64,000 bases of DNA from Chrysomallon squamiferum. Taxonomy: Eukaryota > Animalia > Mollusca. Of this stretch, positions 1-12,600 are shown piece after piece. The notes below the pieces were generated by a model. The model worked only from the letters and a program-made list of their open reading frames with translations. It did no database searches and had not been told where the DNA came from. Where the stretch lies: contig CM022669.1 in NCBI GenBank assembly GCA_012295275.1, forward strand, positions 12,152,001-12,216,000. The letters run 5' to 3'. Each line of letters opens with the position of its first letter. The first letter of the stretch is position 1. Made by a program: the position numbers and the translations under genes.

Positions 1-1029
1 ATTTGCTACTGTATTTCAGTTAATTAATGCAGGATAGTATTAAAGAAAAAATGTGATGCTCCTTATTAAAAAATGAACAATTTAATAATATTTTTTGTTA
101 CAAATTTGCTAGAAGTATATGTTGTTTATTTTTATTTTATTTTTTTATTTATTTATTTATTTTTATACTGCTTCTATATAAACCATAATCAAAAGCCTCC
201 ATTTGGTATACTGCTGATTATTAAAAAGAAAAGCTTCATAAAGTGTTTATTTTGTATTTAAGCATGAATTAATGTATCATTATTGAGATAAAACTGCATT
301 TTGAAAATTTAATGATCATGAAAATAATACATAAAACATAAAACACAAAAATTAACATAAATGCTGATACTGCATTCCTTAAATTTTATATTTATTTATT
401 AGTTGGAACTAATAAAAATGGATTTTTGTTGATTGGATAACAGTTTGGTCTAATCAAGCGACTGCCAATAATAGTTGTATATTATACTTTTTAATATATA
501 AAAGACACTGTTTATTTTTTTTTGTGCTATTTTTGCTATAGCTGCTGCTGTATAGTTTGCTTATTTCTAAAAAAAGATGCTTTACTGGATTCTTTCATTA
601 ACAGTTTCATACAGATGTTCGTGTGATATAGTCAATATGGCTAAATTTGATTTACGTATGGATGCAGCTAATGATCATTATTAAGTACTAATTTCAAATA
701 AATTAGTGTGCACTTGGGTTCACTACATTAAACATCATTGCCATCTAGCCACGGTGGCCATTGCTGTCTTCATTAAATATTCCAGCATCCCAGATGTGGG
801 GCACCTTATGATAATTTTCTGTTTTTTTTTATTAAAAGCTATTTTTATTATTATAAAACAAGTTCTCCAAATATCTATGTACATGCATCCCACCATATAC
901 ATATGTACAAGCTTGTATATAACACGACTGTGGAGATGACAAGAATTAAAGATTACCTATTCCAGGCAATATACAGGATGGCACATACCACAGTTTTTAA
1001 ATGACACAGGTTTGATGCTTCAAAAGAAT

Positions 1030-1375
1030 GGTGCATATGTACATATTGAATTTATGTGGTATAAAAGAACTTGTACCACAACTTTGGTTGACACACATTT
1101 ATTATTGCAGACAGTTGCTATAAATGCATACTGAATATGCAGGATTTTGTGAATACCATATTAAACATCCTTTGATGGACCTAGCTTATTTATATTACAG
1201 CAGTATAAATGTGCATATTGAATATGCAAAGTCTTGTGACACCCTGTGATATATCCTTTGAAGGACCTGACTTGTTGCTGCAGAAAACTGGTATAAAGGT
1301 GCCTATTAAATATGTTGAGCTTCATGAAATACATTGTGAAAGAAAGTATACCATATAATTTAATGAACAGGCTTT
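1030..1375. repeat. Degenerate ~86-bp tandem repeat, 3-4 copies
   Basis: Recurring tataaatg..cata(c/t)tgaatatgc and atcctttga.ggacct blocks. Confidence 0.55.
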
Positions 1376-1387
1376 ATGGTGTGTTTA

Positions 1388-1451
<64 letters not shown>

Positions 1452-2155
1452 TTTTGAATCTATAATCATCTGTAGTGCACACTGTACATTTTAAGTACAC
1501 ATTGCATTGTCCAGACTAGTGTTGATACTTTGTGGGTGTATGTCAATAAGAACAGGTGTTTGAATTCAGCCATTAACAACTACAGTGTTTGCTGCTCTGT
1601 ACAGGTGTACATATATACCTGTTCTTTTCAACATTTGCAAATAAGAACCAAATTAAACGAAGATAAATGTTACAGTAAAACACTTTGTTGTGGAAGTTAC
1701 ATTTTAGATTAATTTTATTTGTCTTGTTAACTGCAAAGAGAAAGTGCAAACTTTGATAAAATATTTTTAACCGTTTCCTTGCAATAAGCAGATATATCGA
1801 CTCAAATTTTATGAGTTAATTGCGGAAAATGGATATACCGCATAGCCTTAAAAAAAAAAAAAAAAAAACCTTTTCATTATGCTGGAAGAAGTAAATATGC
1901 TCAAAGGTACTCCCCAAAATATCAGCCCAAAATAAAAGTACATTGCGCCATGTGTGGGGTGGCAGTTATTAGTCTTTTTATTTTGCTTGGGCTGTTTTTA
2001 ATGAAAAGGTGAAACAAAACTGAAAACTTTATTACAGCCCAAAAGAAAATTAAAACAAGTATGTGTAAAAATATTTCAGATTTTAATTAATTTTTTCTCA
2101 TTTGTCTTTTACTGAATAGACACATAGAACAAAATATATACACGTATACAAATAC

Positions 2156-2198
<43 letters not shown>

Positions 2199-3166
2199 GA
2201 TTAATCGTATTTCACTTCCTTTACTAAACATTATAGATCTGTTTAGAAATGAAAAAGAAAACCTAAGGTCATAAATTCAAAAAGATAGTTCATAGAATAG
2301 TTTCTTTGACACTTTATTTTATATCTGCACAATGGATCACTTACTTTACTGTTGACATGATAGATCACTACTTAATAAAAATAACATTAATACGTGTGTA
2401 TATGGATTTGTGGTATCAGATGTTTTAATCAGCAAAAAAAACAAAACAATCCCTTTGATATTCTGTGATATTGGCATGGGCTAATAAAGTAATAACTCAT
2501 TAATTTTCATTAACAATAATACATTTAAATAATAATAAAGCTATAAATCATACGAGTATTATTTCAGTCTGATTTTTAATAACCAAATAATGTCGTCTTT
2601 CTTTGTAATTTGAAGACAAGGGATGATAATAATCTTTCTTCAGAACTCTGTGTAAACGGTCCAATTCCCTTTAGCTGTAATAGCATTAATACACGAAACT
2701 AGTTTCCAGTAACTGTAACAAAGCTAAACTATTTCTATAGCTACCTGGCTTATATGGTTACTGCCTGTGCCAAACATTTTGACTGTTGTTTTGTAAAAAA
2801 TGCTTCATCAGTGATATACTATTACAGTTGTTGAGCAAATATAGGTAAAATACCTTCTTTAACTTTAAAATAAAATAAATTACAGAAAATAGATAGCTAG
2901 ATAGGTTTATCGATCTGTCTGTCCATATGTATTTGTGTATGAGTGTCAGTCTCATTATATTATTTCACATGTATGTATATTTATCTATCTACACGTGCAT
3001 TCATGTACAATAACTTACATAGCATAACAGACAACAGTGTTTGACATACAGTTCCAGTAATTTACATATTAATTAATTCATTTATATAATTTTGATAGTT
3101 AACATTTTGCAAATAATTAGAGCAAACGTACTGATTATCATGTACATGCATGTGCATACACACTTT

Positions 3167-3206
<40 letters not shown>

Positions 3207-3404
3207 TATACTCTGAATAGTGATAAATCCATATGATGAAATAAAATCTTTTATAGCCAAAGTATTTTTTGTAATTTCTGTTTTGTTAATATTGATGTTC
3301 ATAGTGTTTGCCATTTTGGATCTAGCACACTAAACAGTAATGTCACAGCTGGTCAGAAGCCATAGAGCAATATTTCATAATTTATGTTGTAATATATTAA
3401 TACC

Positions 3405-3407
<3 letters not shown>

Positions 3408-3443
<36 letters not shown>

Positions 3444-3449
3444 TGTGTA

Positions 3450-3498
<49 letters not shown>

Positions 3499-3520
3499 GT
3501 GTGTGTGGTGTGGTGTGTAA
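3408..3520. repeat. Interrupted (TG)n microsatellite
   Basis: Read directly. Confidence 0.95.
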
Positions 3521-3734
3521 TTTAATCTTTGGTATTATATGAAAAAATGGTCTTTAAAACTTTATTAAAATAGTTTCATTTGTAACTTACATTGTTACAA
3601 CTTTCATCAGTATAATGGTTTTTCCAGAATTCATAAATTTATATTTTTATTTCAGTGAAGTAAATCTCTATTAAGAATGTAAATTTTATTTATTAAGCTA
3701 TCATTTCTGGTCCATGAAAACCTATAGTAAACAG

Positions 3735-3771
<37 letters not shown>

Positions 3772-4674
3772 TATGCAGTGACATTTTGTTTAAATTTTAA
3801 AATTGTAAGTTTGAATTTAAAGTAGTGTTTTGTTTTAAAACAATTTTTTGCATACAATTTTATATGTTAATTTAACAATTGTTATCACATTCCTTCAACA
3901 TGACTGATGTTAAATGTTCTTTTAATTTATCTTTGTAAAAAAAATGATAAATTGTCATCATTTTTACCAAGCTTTCACATCAATAAGTTTTATTTAGACA
4001 TCATTTCTGTGAGATTTTTTTTTTATTTTCTTTATTATTATTGTTGCTGTTGTTATTTCATTATTATTTTATTTAATTTATTATTACTATTATTTATTTA
4101 TTATTAATTTTTTTTTTTTAAATTCATTTTTTTTTTTATTTTTAAATTTATTTACCTTGACTTTGTTTTCAAATTAAATGTAAGTATTTAAATTAATTTT
4201 TTTGTTTTGGTTTTTAAATGTTTTTCAAATTAACATTTGTGAATAACTTAGGATATTAATTTTCTTGTTTGTACTTTATTCTGTTATTTTATGGTTCATT
4301 TATTATTAGGAACTTTTAATTTTATATTTTGTTGTAAATTTATTCTCTTTCTCTGTCTTTCTGTCTCTCTCTGTCTCTCTCTCTCTCTCACACACATACA
4401 CACACACAGACAGACAGAGACACACACAAGATTATCTTCATATTTTCATTACATTTCATTTTTCCTTTTATCTACATTCAAAATGTTGTTTATGTCACTG
4501 ACAAATGAAAAAAATGTAGATATCCTAAATCTTGTTTTCTTAGTCTATACATTACTTTTGATCTACAGTTTTTATGCATCATTCTTGATCTAGGTACTGA
4601 CCTTGTCAGCATGATCATAAATTCATTTCCTTGTTTGATAAAATGTTTTGTAAATCCACCATGTTTTATTACTA

Positions 4675-4709
<35 letters not shown>

Positions 4710-5128
4710 CATACATACATCATTTGGATTGGCTATTTCTCAAAACAAATTACCTTTCTGAGAGAAAAAACTAGCTGTATTTCAGCAGCTGAAATGATTT
4801 CTTAGATGCACTTGAGTAGAGTTTAATAATATCAACAAAACATTATTTGATAATTACTGTTAGTGGTTAAAATAAAATGTCAAGAAAGGACTTGGAGATT
4901 CAAAAATATTTTTTATTTATTTGTTTTTTGTTGTTTTTTAATTATTATTATTCATTTTTTTATCATTCATATGTCTTAAATGTTTTAGATATGGTTTTCA
5001 TGTACACAAGTCAGCCAGAAATTTTTAAAACATTTTTTTTATATTAAATGTTTAACATTTTTTTTTTTATTATTATCTTCAGATCTGCCACAGTCATGCC
5101 ATATGCTATTCCTTTTTATTAAAAAAAT

Positions 5129-5160
<32 letters not shown>

Positions 5161-6097
5161 TGTGTGTGTGTGTGCATGTGCATTTTTCTGTAGATGAGAT
5201 CCCTAAAACAACAACTGATAATCGATGAACACAAGTTTCATATTCTGTTAAATAATATAACTATTTTCTGTGTGTCATATAACATTTTGTAAAATATGGA
5301 CTAATTATATATAATCATGGGTGTGTAAGGCTGAAATTAAGGCAAAACATCTGGGCAAATGAATAAGGAAAAATGCAAATTAACTTCATTTACTGTAGAA
5401 TTATTTTTTTTTTATTATTTTTTTTTTTACTTTTCTTTCTATCTATTCTGTTGAATCATGCAAATTTATACAAGCTGTCAATTTAATCTTGAATTTACTT
5501 CATTTTTTTTTTTTTTTTAAAGTGATGATTTAACAACAGAGAATTTAGAAATATAATTTAACAGGTTTTTCTTTTTTTCTCTTTTTCTTTTTTTAATTAC
5601 TCTATTCTGGATTTAATGGCATTGAGTTCTTATGACAGTCTGAAATCTTCATTATTTTTAGCAAAAAGCTTTTTTTTAAATAGAATATGTTCATTATTCT
5701 GAAATGAAAAATAATCACGCAACAATCTATTTTTTAATTTCACTCATTTATCATTTTTATGTCAGGCGTTACTCACTGTTATTATTATTGTTATCATTAT
5801 TGTTGTTATTATTATTTTTATTTCAGGATTTTAATCACATACAGCAAACATTTGTAATATGTGCACATGTTTGATGTATAGACATAGACATTAATAAGAA
5901 CTAGATGTAAACAGCTATATATATTAGAGCAATGTCCTCTTGTAGGTCAGAGACATTTGTGCGTAGGAGACTGCCCAGTCGGTTAAGTCACTATTTGCTG
6001 ATGGTCATGCAATGGTTGTACAAATATAGATGTTAGCAACACAGCAGTTGTGTCATAATAGTGTTAAAACACGTTTTATTATTCCATATGTCTGTTT

Positions 6098-6217
6098 TGT
6101 GTGTGTGTGTGTGTATGTGAATACACTTAGCTTGATGTTTATATAAAGATGAATACTTACATACATGCATACATACGTATATACATACATACATACATGC
6201 ATACATACGTATATACA

Positions 6218-6249
<32 letters not shown>

Positions 6250-6390
6250 AATATACACATACACACATACACACATACATACACAGATACACATACATAC
6301 ACACATATACACACATAAATACACATACACACACATACATACATACATACATACACACACACACATACACACACATATACATACAAGCAT
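6098..6390. repeat. Compound (TG)n/(TACA)n/(CA)n microsatellite
   Basis: Read directly; it explains the spurious MYV/THI ORFs. Confidence 0.95.
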
Positions 6391-6635
6391 ATATTTATTC
6401 ATTGGTCCATCATCTATTCATGTATCCACTTCTACAAATGCACACCGACACTCATACACACAACAAAAGAAAGTAATATTAACACATTTACTGATACATC
6501 AACACATTATTATAAAGTGTTACTTTCACACATATTTAAAGTGATCTCTTTACACATTGTTAAATTTGCAGTAGCATATTTACAGGTGTTCATTGTCCTT
6601 GATGAAAGATGCCCAGTATTTATTTTTTATGCATA

Positions 6636-6728
6636 TATTCAGACACATATTTACTAGTTTATTAGATGAAATATAAAGTATTCAGACAAATATTTACTGG
6701 TTTATTAGATGAAATACAAAGTATTCAG
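6636..6728. repeat. ~43-bp direct duplication
   Basis: tattcagaca.atatttact.gtttattagatgaaata.aaag occurs twice, plus a partial third copy. Confidence 0.85.
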
Positions 6729-6949
6729 CCATGCTTATGTCCATATAAGTTCAGCCATTAAATGAATACCAAAAATAACTCTGCATGTTACGTTTTTATT
6801 TTTCCCATAATGTAATTATTCTTTCCAAAATTCCCACAGTGCACCACTTAACAAAATTATCTATGCAATTGAGTGCTAACTCATAAATACACTAAATTTA
6901 TATTCTAATGTTAATAATTATGATTTTTTCTTTCTTTCTTTTTTTACAG

Positions 6950-6997
6950 TCAAAAACATCTCAACAACCTTCCATTCAATTCCAAGGCAACAATGGG
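6950..6997 (+). CDS. ELL: ELL exon (SKTSQQPSIQFQGNNG)
   Basis: Polypyrimidine tract + acag acceptor, GGG|gtaagt donor, 48 nt, phase 0/0. Confidence 0.85.
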
Positions 6998-9650
6998 GTA
7001 AGTATTCATGTATGAAAGATTAAAAGATTAAAAGTATCCATAGAAAAGAAAATATTTATATTCAAGAGCAGTGTCAGTATTTTTTTTCATTTTCACTCTT
7101 TTTGTTCATACAGAATTTATTGTTTGATATTCTGGGTCTAATGTTAAATTATGTATATTTATAAATATGTATATATATATATATATTTATTTTTTTTAAT
7201 GGTACAAATACTTCTGTTTTGTAAGATTTTAAATAAATAACTAAATTCACGATGTACATTTATTCTGTAAAATAAAGAGTATGCAATTCCAAACAAAGTC
7301 ACAGTAAGATTTTTTTTTTTTTGATACATTAAAGATATTTAATTATTAAATTTTTATTTATTTTAAATTTGTTTTTAGTTTTATTATTATTATTTTTTTT
7401 TTTTTTCCCCTGTGGAAGGTTTTACAGATAAATTTTTAGAAAAACATTTATTTTAAAAACAATCTTTTTCTTCATTCTTTTTTTAAAAGTTTTCCTTTAA
7501 GAAAAGGACCAATAATGATTTAGCAAATGTAGAATTAAATATAATAAAAAATTATTATATTTTCAAATTGTTGCATTTTATCATTTTTAATAGCACTTAG
7601 ATGTTTTTTTTTTAATCTTTAGCTTTATAAATTATTATTACTTTCAGTTGAATAATGTGTTTATACAGCTGTTTCTATATAAATTACAATTTATGAAAAT
7701 TATGAGCTTAATTCTATAATGTTATAGATATTATTTATATTATCTTATGAAGTGAAAATGTAACATGTGACACAGATTACTTCAGTATAGCTTGTAAATT
7801 ATTTAATAGATAATATTTTTGTGTATTTCAAGAATTTGTTGCTTGCTATACAAGCAAAAAAAAAAAAAATTATGTATATGTGTGTGTGTCTGCCAACTCA
7901 CAAGTATACTTAGTTCAAGGCAAATAGTTTTGTGTGTGTGTGTGTGTATATGCAGTTGTTGGTGTTGACTTTTATTTATCTTGTTCAGTTACAGTTATAC
8001 ATTTTACAGTTATCTTTATTTCAATGGCCTTCAGCAAATAGTTGGTGTTTTAAGTTGTTTTGCTTTTTGGTTTTTTTTATTTATGTTTGTTAGTCAGAGA
8101 GGAAAGGTTCAGTTTGTTGACTTGATGAGACTTGGTGTTTGGTACATCTTGACACCAAGCTGTACACTATTGTAAACTGTTAAGAAAACTTTGTTGAAAA
8201 GGAAAAAAAAAAAAAGTTATCCCTACATTTGTCACTAAATGTACTGTGTACTGTTGTGTGTGACTTAAAGAGTGTAGTTATAAATTCACCATTTTTTAAA
8301 TCTTTTTTTAAATTTGTTTTTTAAAGCAGTTGTATTTATTGTTTATTATTACTATTTTGAAATCATTTGTTTAAGGTTAATATTTACACAAGTGCCAAGT
8401 ATTCACTTTATTTATTAATAATTATAAAGGATGTAAGTAAAATAGTTCATTTTTATACATTTGTTCCTGTTTCTGAATTCCAGTATTATAGTTTTTTAAT
8501 TTAGCTTTGATATTTACAATTTATTTTAATTAATTTAGTTATTAATTTATTTGGCTGGGTTATTGTTTTTTTTTTTTTAATTTGGATTCTTGTTCTTTTT
8601 CAAGAGTGTTCAATCTACTTACAGTTTTTTTTCAATCAGATTTGTTGCTTTTTTTTAAATTTCTGATTGTCTTATTTGATTTTAATTTATTTGATTATTT
8701 TGTTGTTGTTGAGTGGATAGGGGTTGATACTTTTGAAATACAAATTTTGTTCCATTGATTTGCTTGTACATTTACATATTTAAATCATTATTTCCATTTT
8801 ATTTTATTCTGTATTTATTGTTTTTGTTGGGTTTTTCTTTTTTTTCTTTTTATTTCATATGTTATCTCATTTTTATTTTACTATTTTATTTATTTTTTCA
8901 GTTAATTTTCTATTTTTAATTCATTCTATTTTGGGTTTTTTTTTCATTTTTGTAATATTTTTTTATTTTTTATTTTTTACTTTTTTTACTTTTTTTATTA
9001 TTTTTTTTATTTATTTATTTTATTTTATTTTATTTTTTTATTTATATATTTTTTTATATTTTTTTTGTATTATTTTTAATTTTTTTATTTTTTTCATTTC
9101 ATTTCATTTTATTTTATTTCATTTTTGACAGTTCTTAATTTAAAAAACTACTAATTTTGCAGTATGTTAACGTACCAGTTGAGGTGTCCTCAGACAGCTC
9201 TCCAGCCACCCGCACATTCCAGTTTGCCTTTTCCAACATCCCCTCTGATCGCAACGGAAGCTTTGAATGCATGGAACAACTCGACAGGTGCTTAATTCAG
9301 TAAATTTATTTTCAAATTTTAACATTAATAAACTCTACCAAAAGTAGTACAGGTCAACCGTCCCTTTGTTTCCATTCCTCAGTGTCTGTATCCTGTCCTA
9401 AATGATTTATGTCTAAGAAAACATTCAGCAGAGATGGTAGATGAAATGTAAATGTTTACAAATAATTAACAAATATAAGCTTGTGTGTTGTGTGTGTGTG
9501 TGTGTTACAATGTTTTTTTTAAACTTCTTGGAATGTTAATCTTTAATAATGAATTTACAGGTCAATTTTCATCTAATTAAATTTTCAGATTATTATTTAT
9601 TATTTTTTTAATGTTTATTATTACTAAAAGAAAAAACCCATTATTATGTT

Positions 9651-9692
<42 letters not shown>

Positions 9693-12600
9693 TTATTTAT
9701 TTTTTAATAATGTCATTGTGCATTTAGAAATTAAAATAAAGATTAATTTATTCATCCATCAGTCTGTCTAGAAACACACACACCCACACAAACACACAGA
9801 TATTTTATTAAGATTTATTCTGACATTTATTTTTATTTTTATTAATGTTTATTTTTTTTTTTTTTTTTTTTTTTTTATACATTTATTTGTATGAAAAAAG
9901 TGGGGAAAAACATGCATCCTCATAACATTATATTTGCTAAAATACTTAAGTACTAACACAAGCCATTTCTAAGTGCAAATAATAACTGGAATGTCATAAT
10001 AAACCAAATTAAAAATAATAATAAAAAAAATAATGGATCTAAAATTACATATATGTATCTTTTGTGGTACCAGTATTTCTATTTTATAAAATAAAAAGAA
10101 GTAAATGTCTATAATTATGTTACATAATTACTCTGTAAAATAATAAAATAAAAATAACAGGATTTCTCATATCCTGTACAGTATGTGTGCTTCAGTAATT
10201 TTGTAGTTTTACTGACGATATTCTGGTAATAAACTTTGTTGACTGCAAAACAAAACAAGAATTTATTTCATTTGATTTGACATTTGTTATTGTTTTCAAG
10301 CTACAATGATAAAATTTATACTTTGACATGACAGTTTATTTGGAAATAATCACAGTATATATATTGTGTATATATATATATATATATATAAAGATGTGTT
10401 TGTGTAACATAATATTTTTAGAACATACATATTTTTCTGTCTTTATGGATATTTTGTTTTATTATAAAATAATTTTCATTATCTGTGTGTGTCTGTTTCT
10501 TTATGTGTCTGTGTGTCTGTGCACGTGTGCATGTAGATGGATATATAATTTAATTATCAATTGCCTGTCGAGAATGTGCTGAATCAGTGATCGTGTTGGT
10601 GGAAGAAACCTGACTGACGACATTTATTTGGTGTTCAGCCTGTCTCCGTACAGCTGTCGACCAGCAGAAATTCACAGTTATCACATCAGCCTAATCAGCA
10701 CATATTTTCTTGTTTTTCATCTAGTCAGACCATATGGCAGCAATAAAGCATAAATAAAATGTACTGAAAAACTGTGACACTGAAATAGAAAACTGGTTGT
10801 TAATCCGAAAGAAAATGTAGTTGGGTATTGGGTGGTATTTGCATATCTAGATGAGACATAGTTGGATGTTAAATTATTTTAAATATTTTTTATTATTATT
10901 ATTATTTTTTTATTATTATTTTAAATCCAACAATGTGTGTGTGTGTGTGTATACGTGTATATATATATATATATTTATTTATGTATGTGGTACCTACAGA
11001 TGGACAATTGATCCTAGTCTATATTATTTAAATATTAAAACAGACATTTTTATTTAACATGATTATGTAGAAGTTAGCAGCATAGAGCATGTGTATTAAC
11101 TTGAAACTAAAATTGAACTTATCTTAAAATAAAATAAACGGGTCATACAATATTCATGTTCAGTTCATATTTTCTTCTACAATAAGCAATAAATATATAT
11201 TAAGTCAATTTAATCAGAAATGAAGAAGATGATGATGATGATGATGATAATATCTTAAATATAAAACAAGGCTAAATACAGACTGAGACAGTAAACGAAT
11301 TTGAAAATAAACATACAAATAATTCATTACCTAAAATCCAGAAATTTATGCTGACATTTCACATAATTAACCTTACATAAAATCATAGTTTCCAGCTACC
11401 CTGTTACAGCAGTCTTATAATTATGCAGGAAATTTGTATTAGTGTGGTAATTTTATTATAGATAATTAGTTTTATTAGTTTTATTGTCTTAATTAACATC
11501 ATAAAGCTGATAATGCTACACATTGTAGATTTTAATTTCTGTGATGATTATAAGAGATAATTGCCTGTGATTGATATGTTTTTTTTTTTATTATTAATGT
11601 TTATACTGAGTCACAATCAGCAGATTTTTGTATAACACAGCAGCTGTTGTACAGGCTATGATTGGAATGATGATTATTTTGTAGGTTTTAATTAATAACT
11701 GGGTTCCCAATTACAGTTATTGTGATAATTATTTTGTAGGTTTCATAGTTTGTAAATATCTGCAGGTTGTTATTAGTACAATAATTATTTTTTTTTATAT
11801 TAAATGTCAAATAAATTATAAATAAATAAAAATTAGTTACTACACACTGCAGTTAGTGTGACACCTGTTTTGTAGATTTCATGGTTTATTGATAATAATG
11901 TGCATTGCAATTTGTAATAATGTATATTACTGATAGTAGTTGATGTGATAATTATTTTGTAAATTTCATAGTTTATTTATAGTGTTCTGCATTGTAGATT
12001 GTAATGAGAATACCTTTTTTGAATATAGTATTTTTTTTTTTTTTTTTTTAATAATATTACTGTTTTGCAGATTTTAGTTAATGTGATGCTTATTTTGTAA
12101 ATTTCATGTTAATTTGTATAGTTATTACATATTATAGTTTTATAATTATTTTGTAGATTTCCAAGATTATTTGTAAAAAAAAATATATATTACTGATTAC
12201 AATTATTTCAGATTTTACTCAATATCATATGTCTTGTAGATATGGCCACACATTACAAAGTCTGGGAGTCATGGAGATGAGAATAAATGTACAGGCATCG
12301 GATGATGTCTACCGCAACACCAGAGAAAAAATGACCTTGGCAGAAGAAGAGAACAAAAAAGTGTGGTAAGTGTCCTAACAAATTGTTTTAATTAAAATAA
12401 TTTTTTTTTTTTTTTAAATGGATTTAAATTTACTGTAAGAAATGTTAGAAATGTTAAAGCCAGTTTTTAAGATACAGGTTAGTAAAGTATAACTGTAATA
12501 AGTATGTAGCACTGAGAATTTCTATCTTTCAGTTTGTAAATATAAGTGTTTTGGCTCTCTGAAAATGAAGGATGTATTATCTTTTTACTATAAGATACAC

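Noticed and set aside
5935-5990. Possible recursive splice site or cryptic exon (cttgtag|GTCAGA) in ELL intron 1
   Set aside because: Short pyrimidine tract and non-consensus donor; no supporting frame.
6033-6476. Overlapping ORFs of 81-117 aa (MYVCV..., HTYIH...)
   Set aside because: Translations of TACA/CA microsatellites. The same applies to ORFs at 8859, 30396, 34539, 48846-49558, 53200-53460 and 59096-59348.
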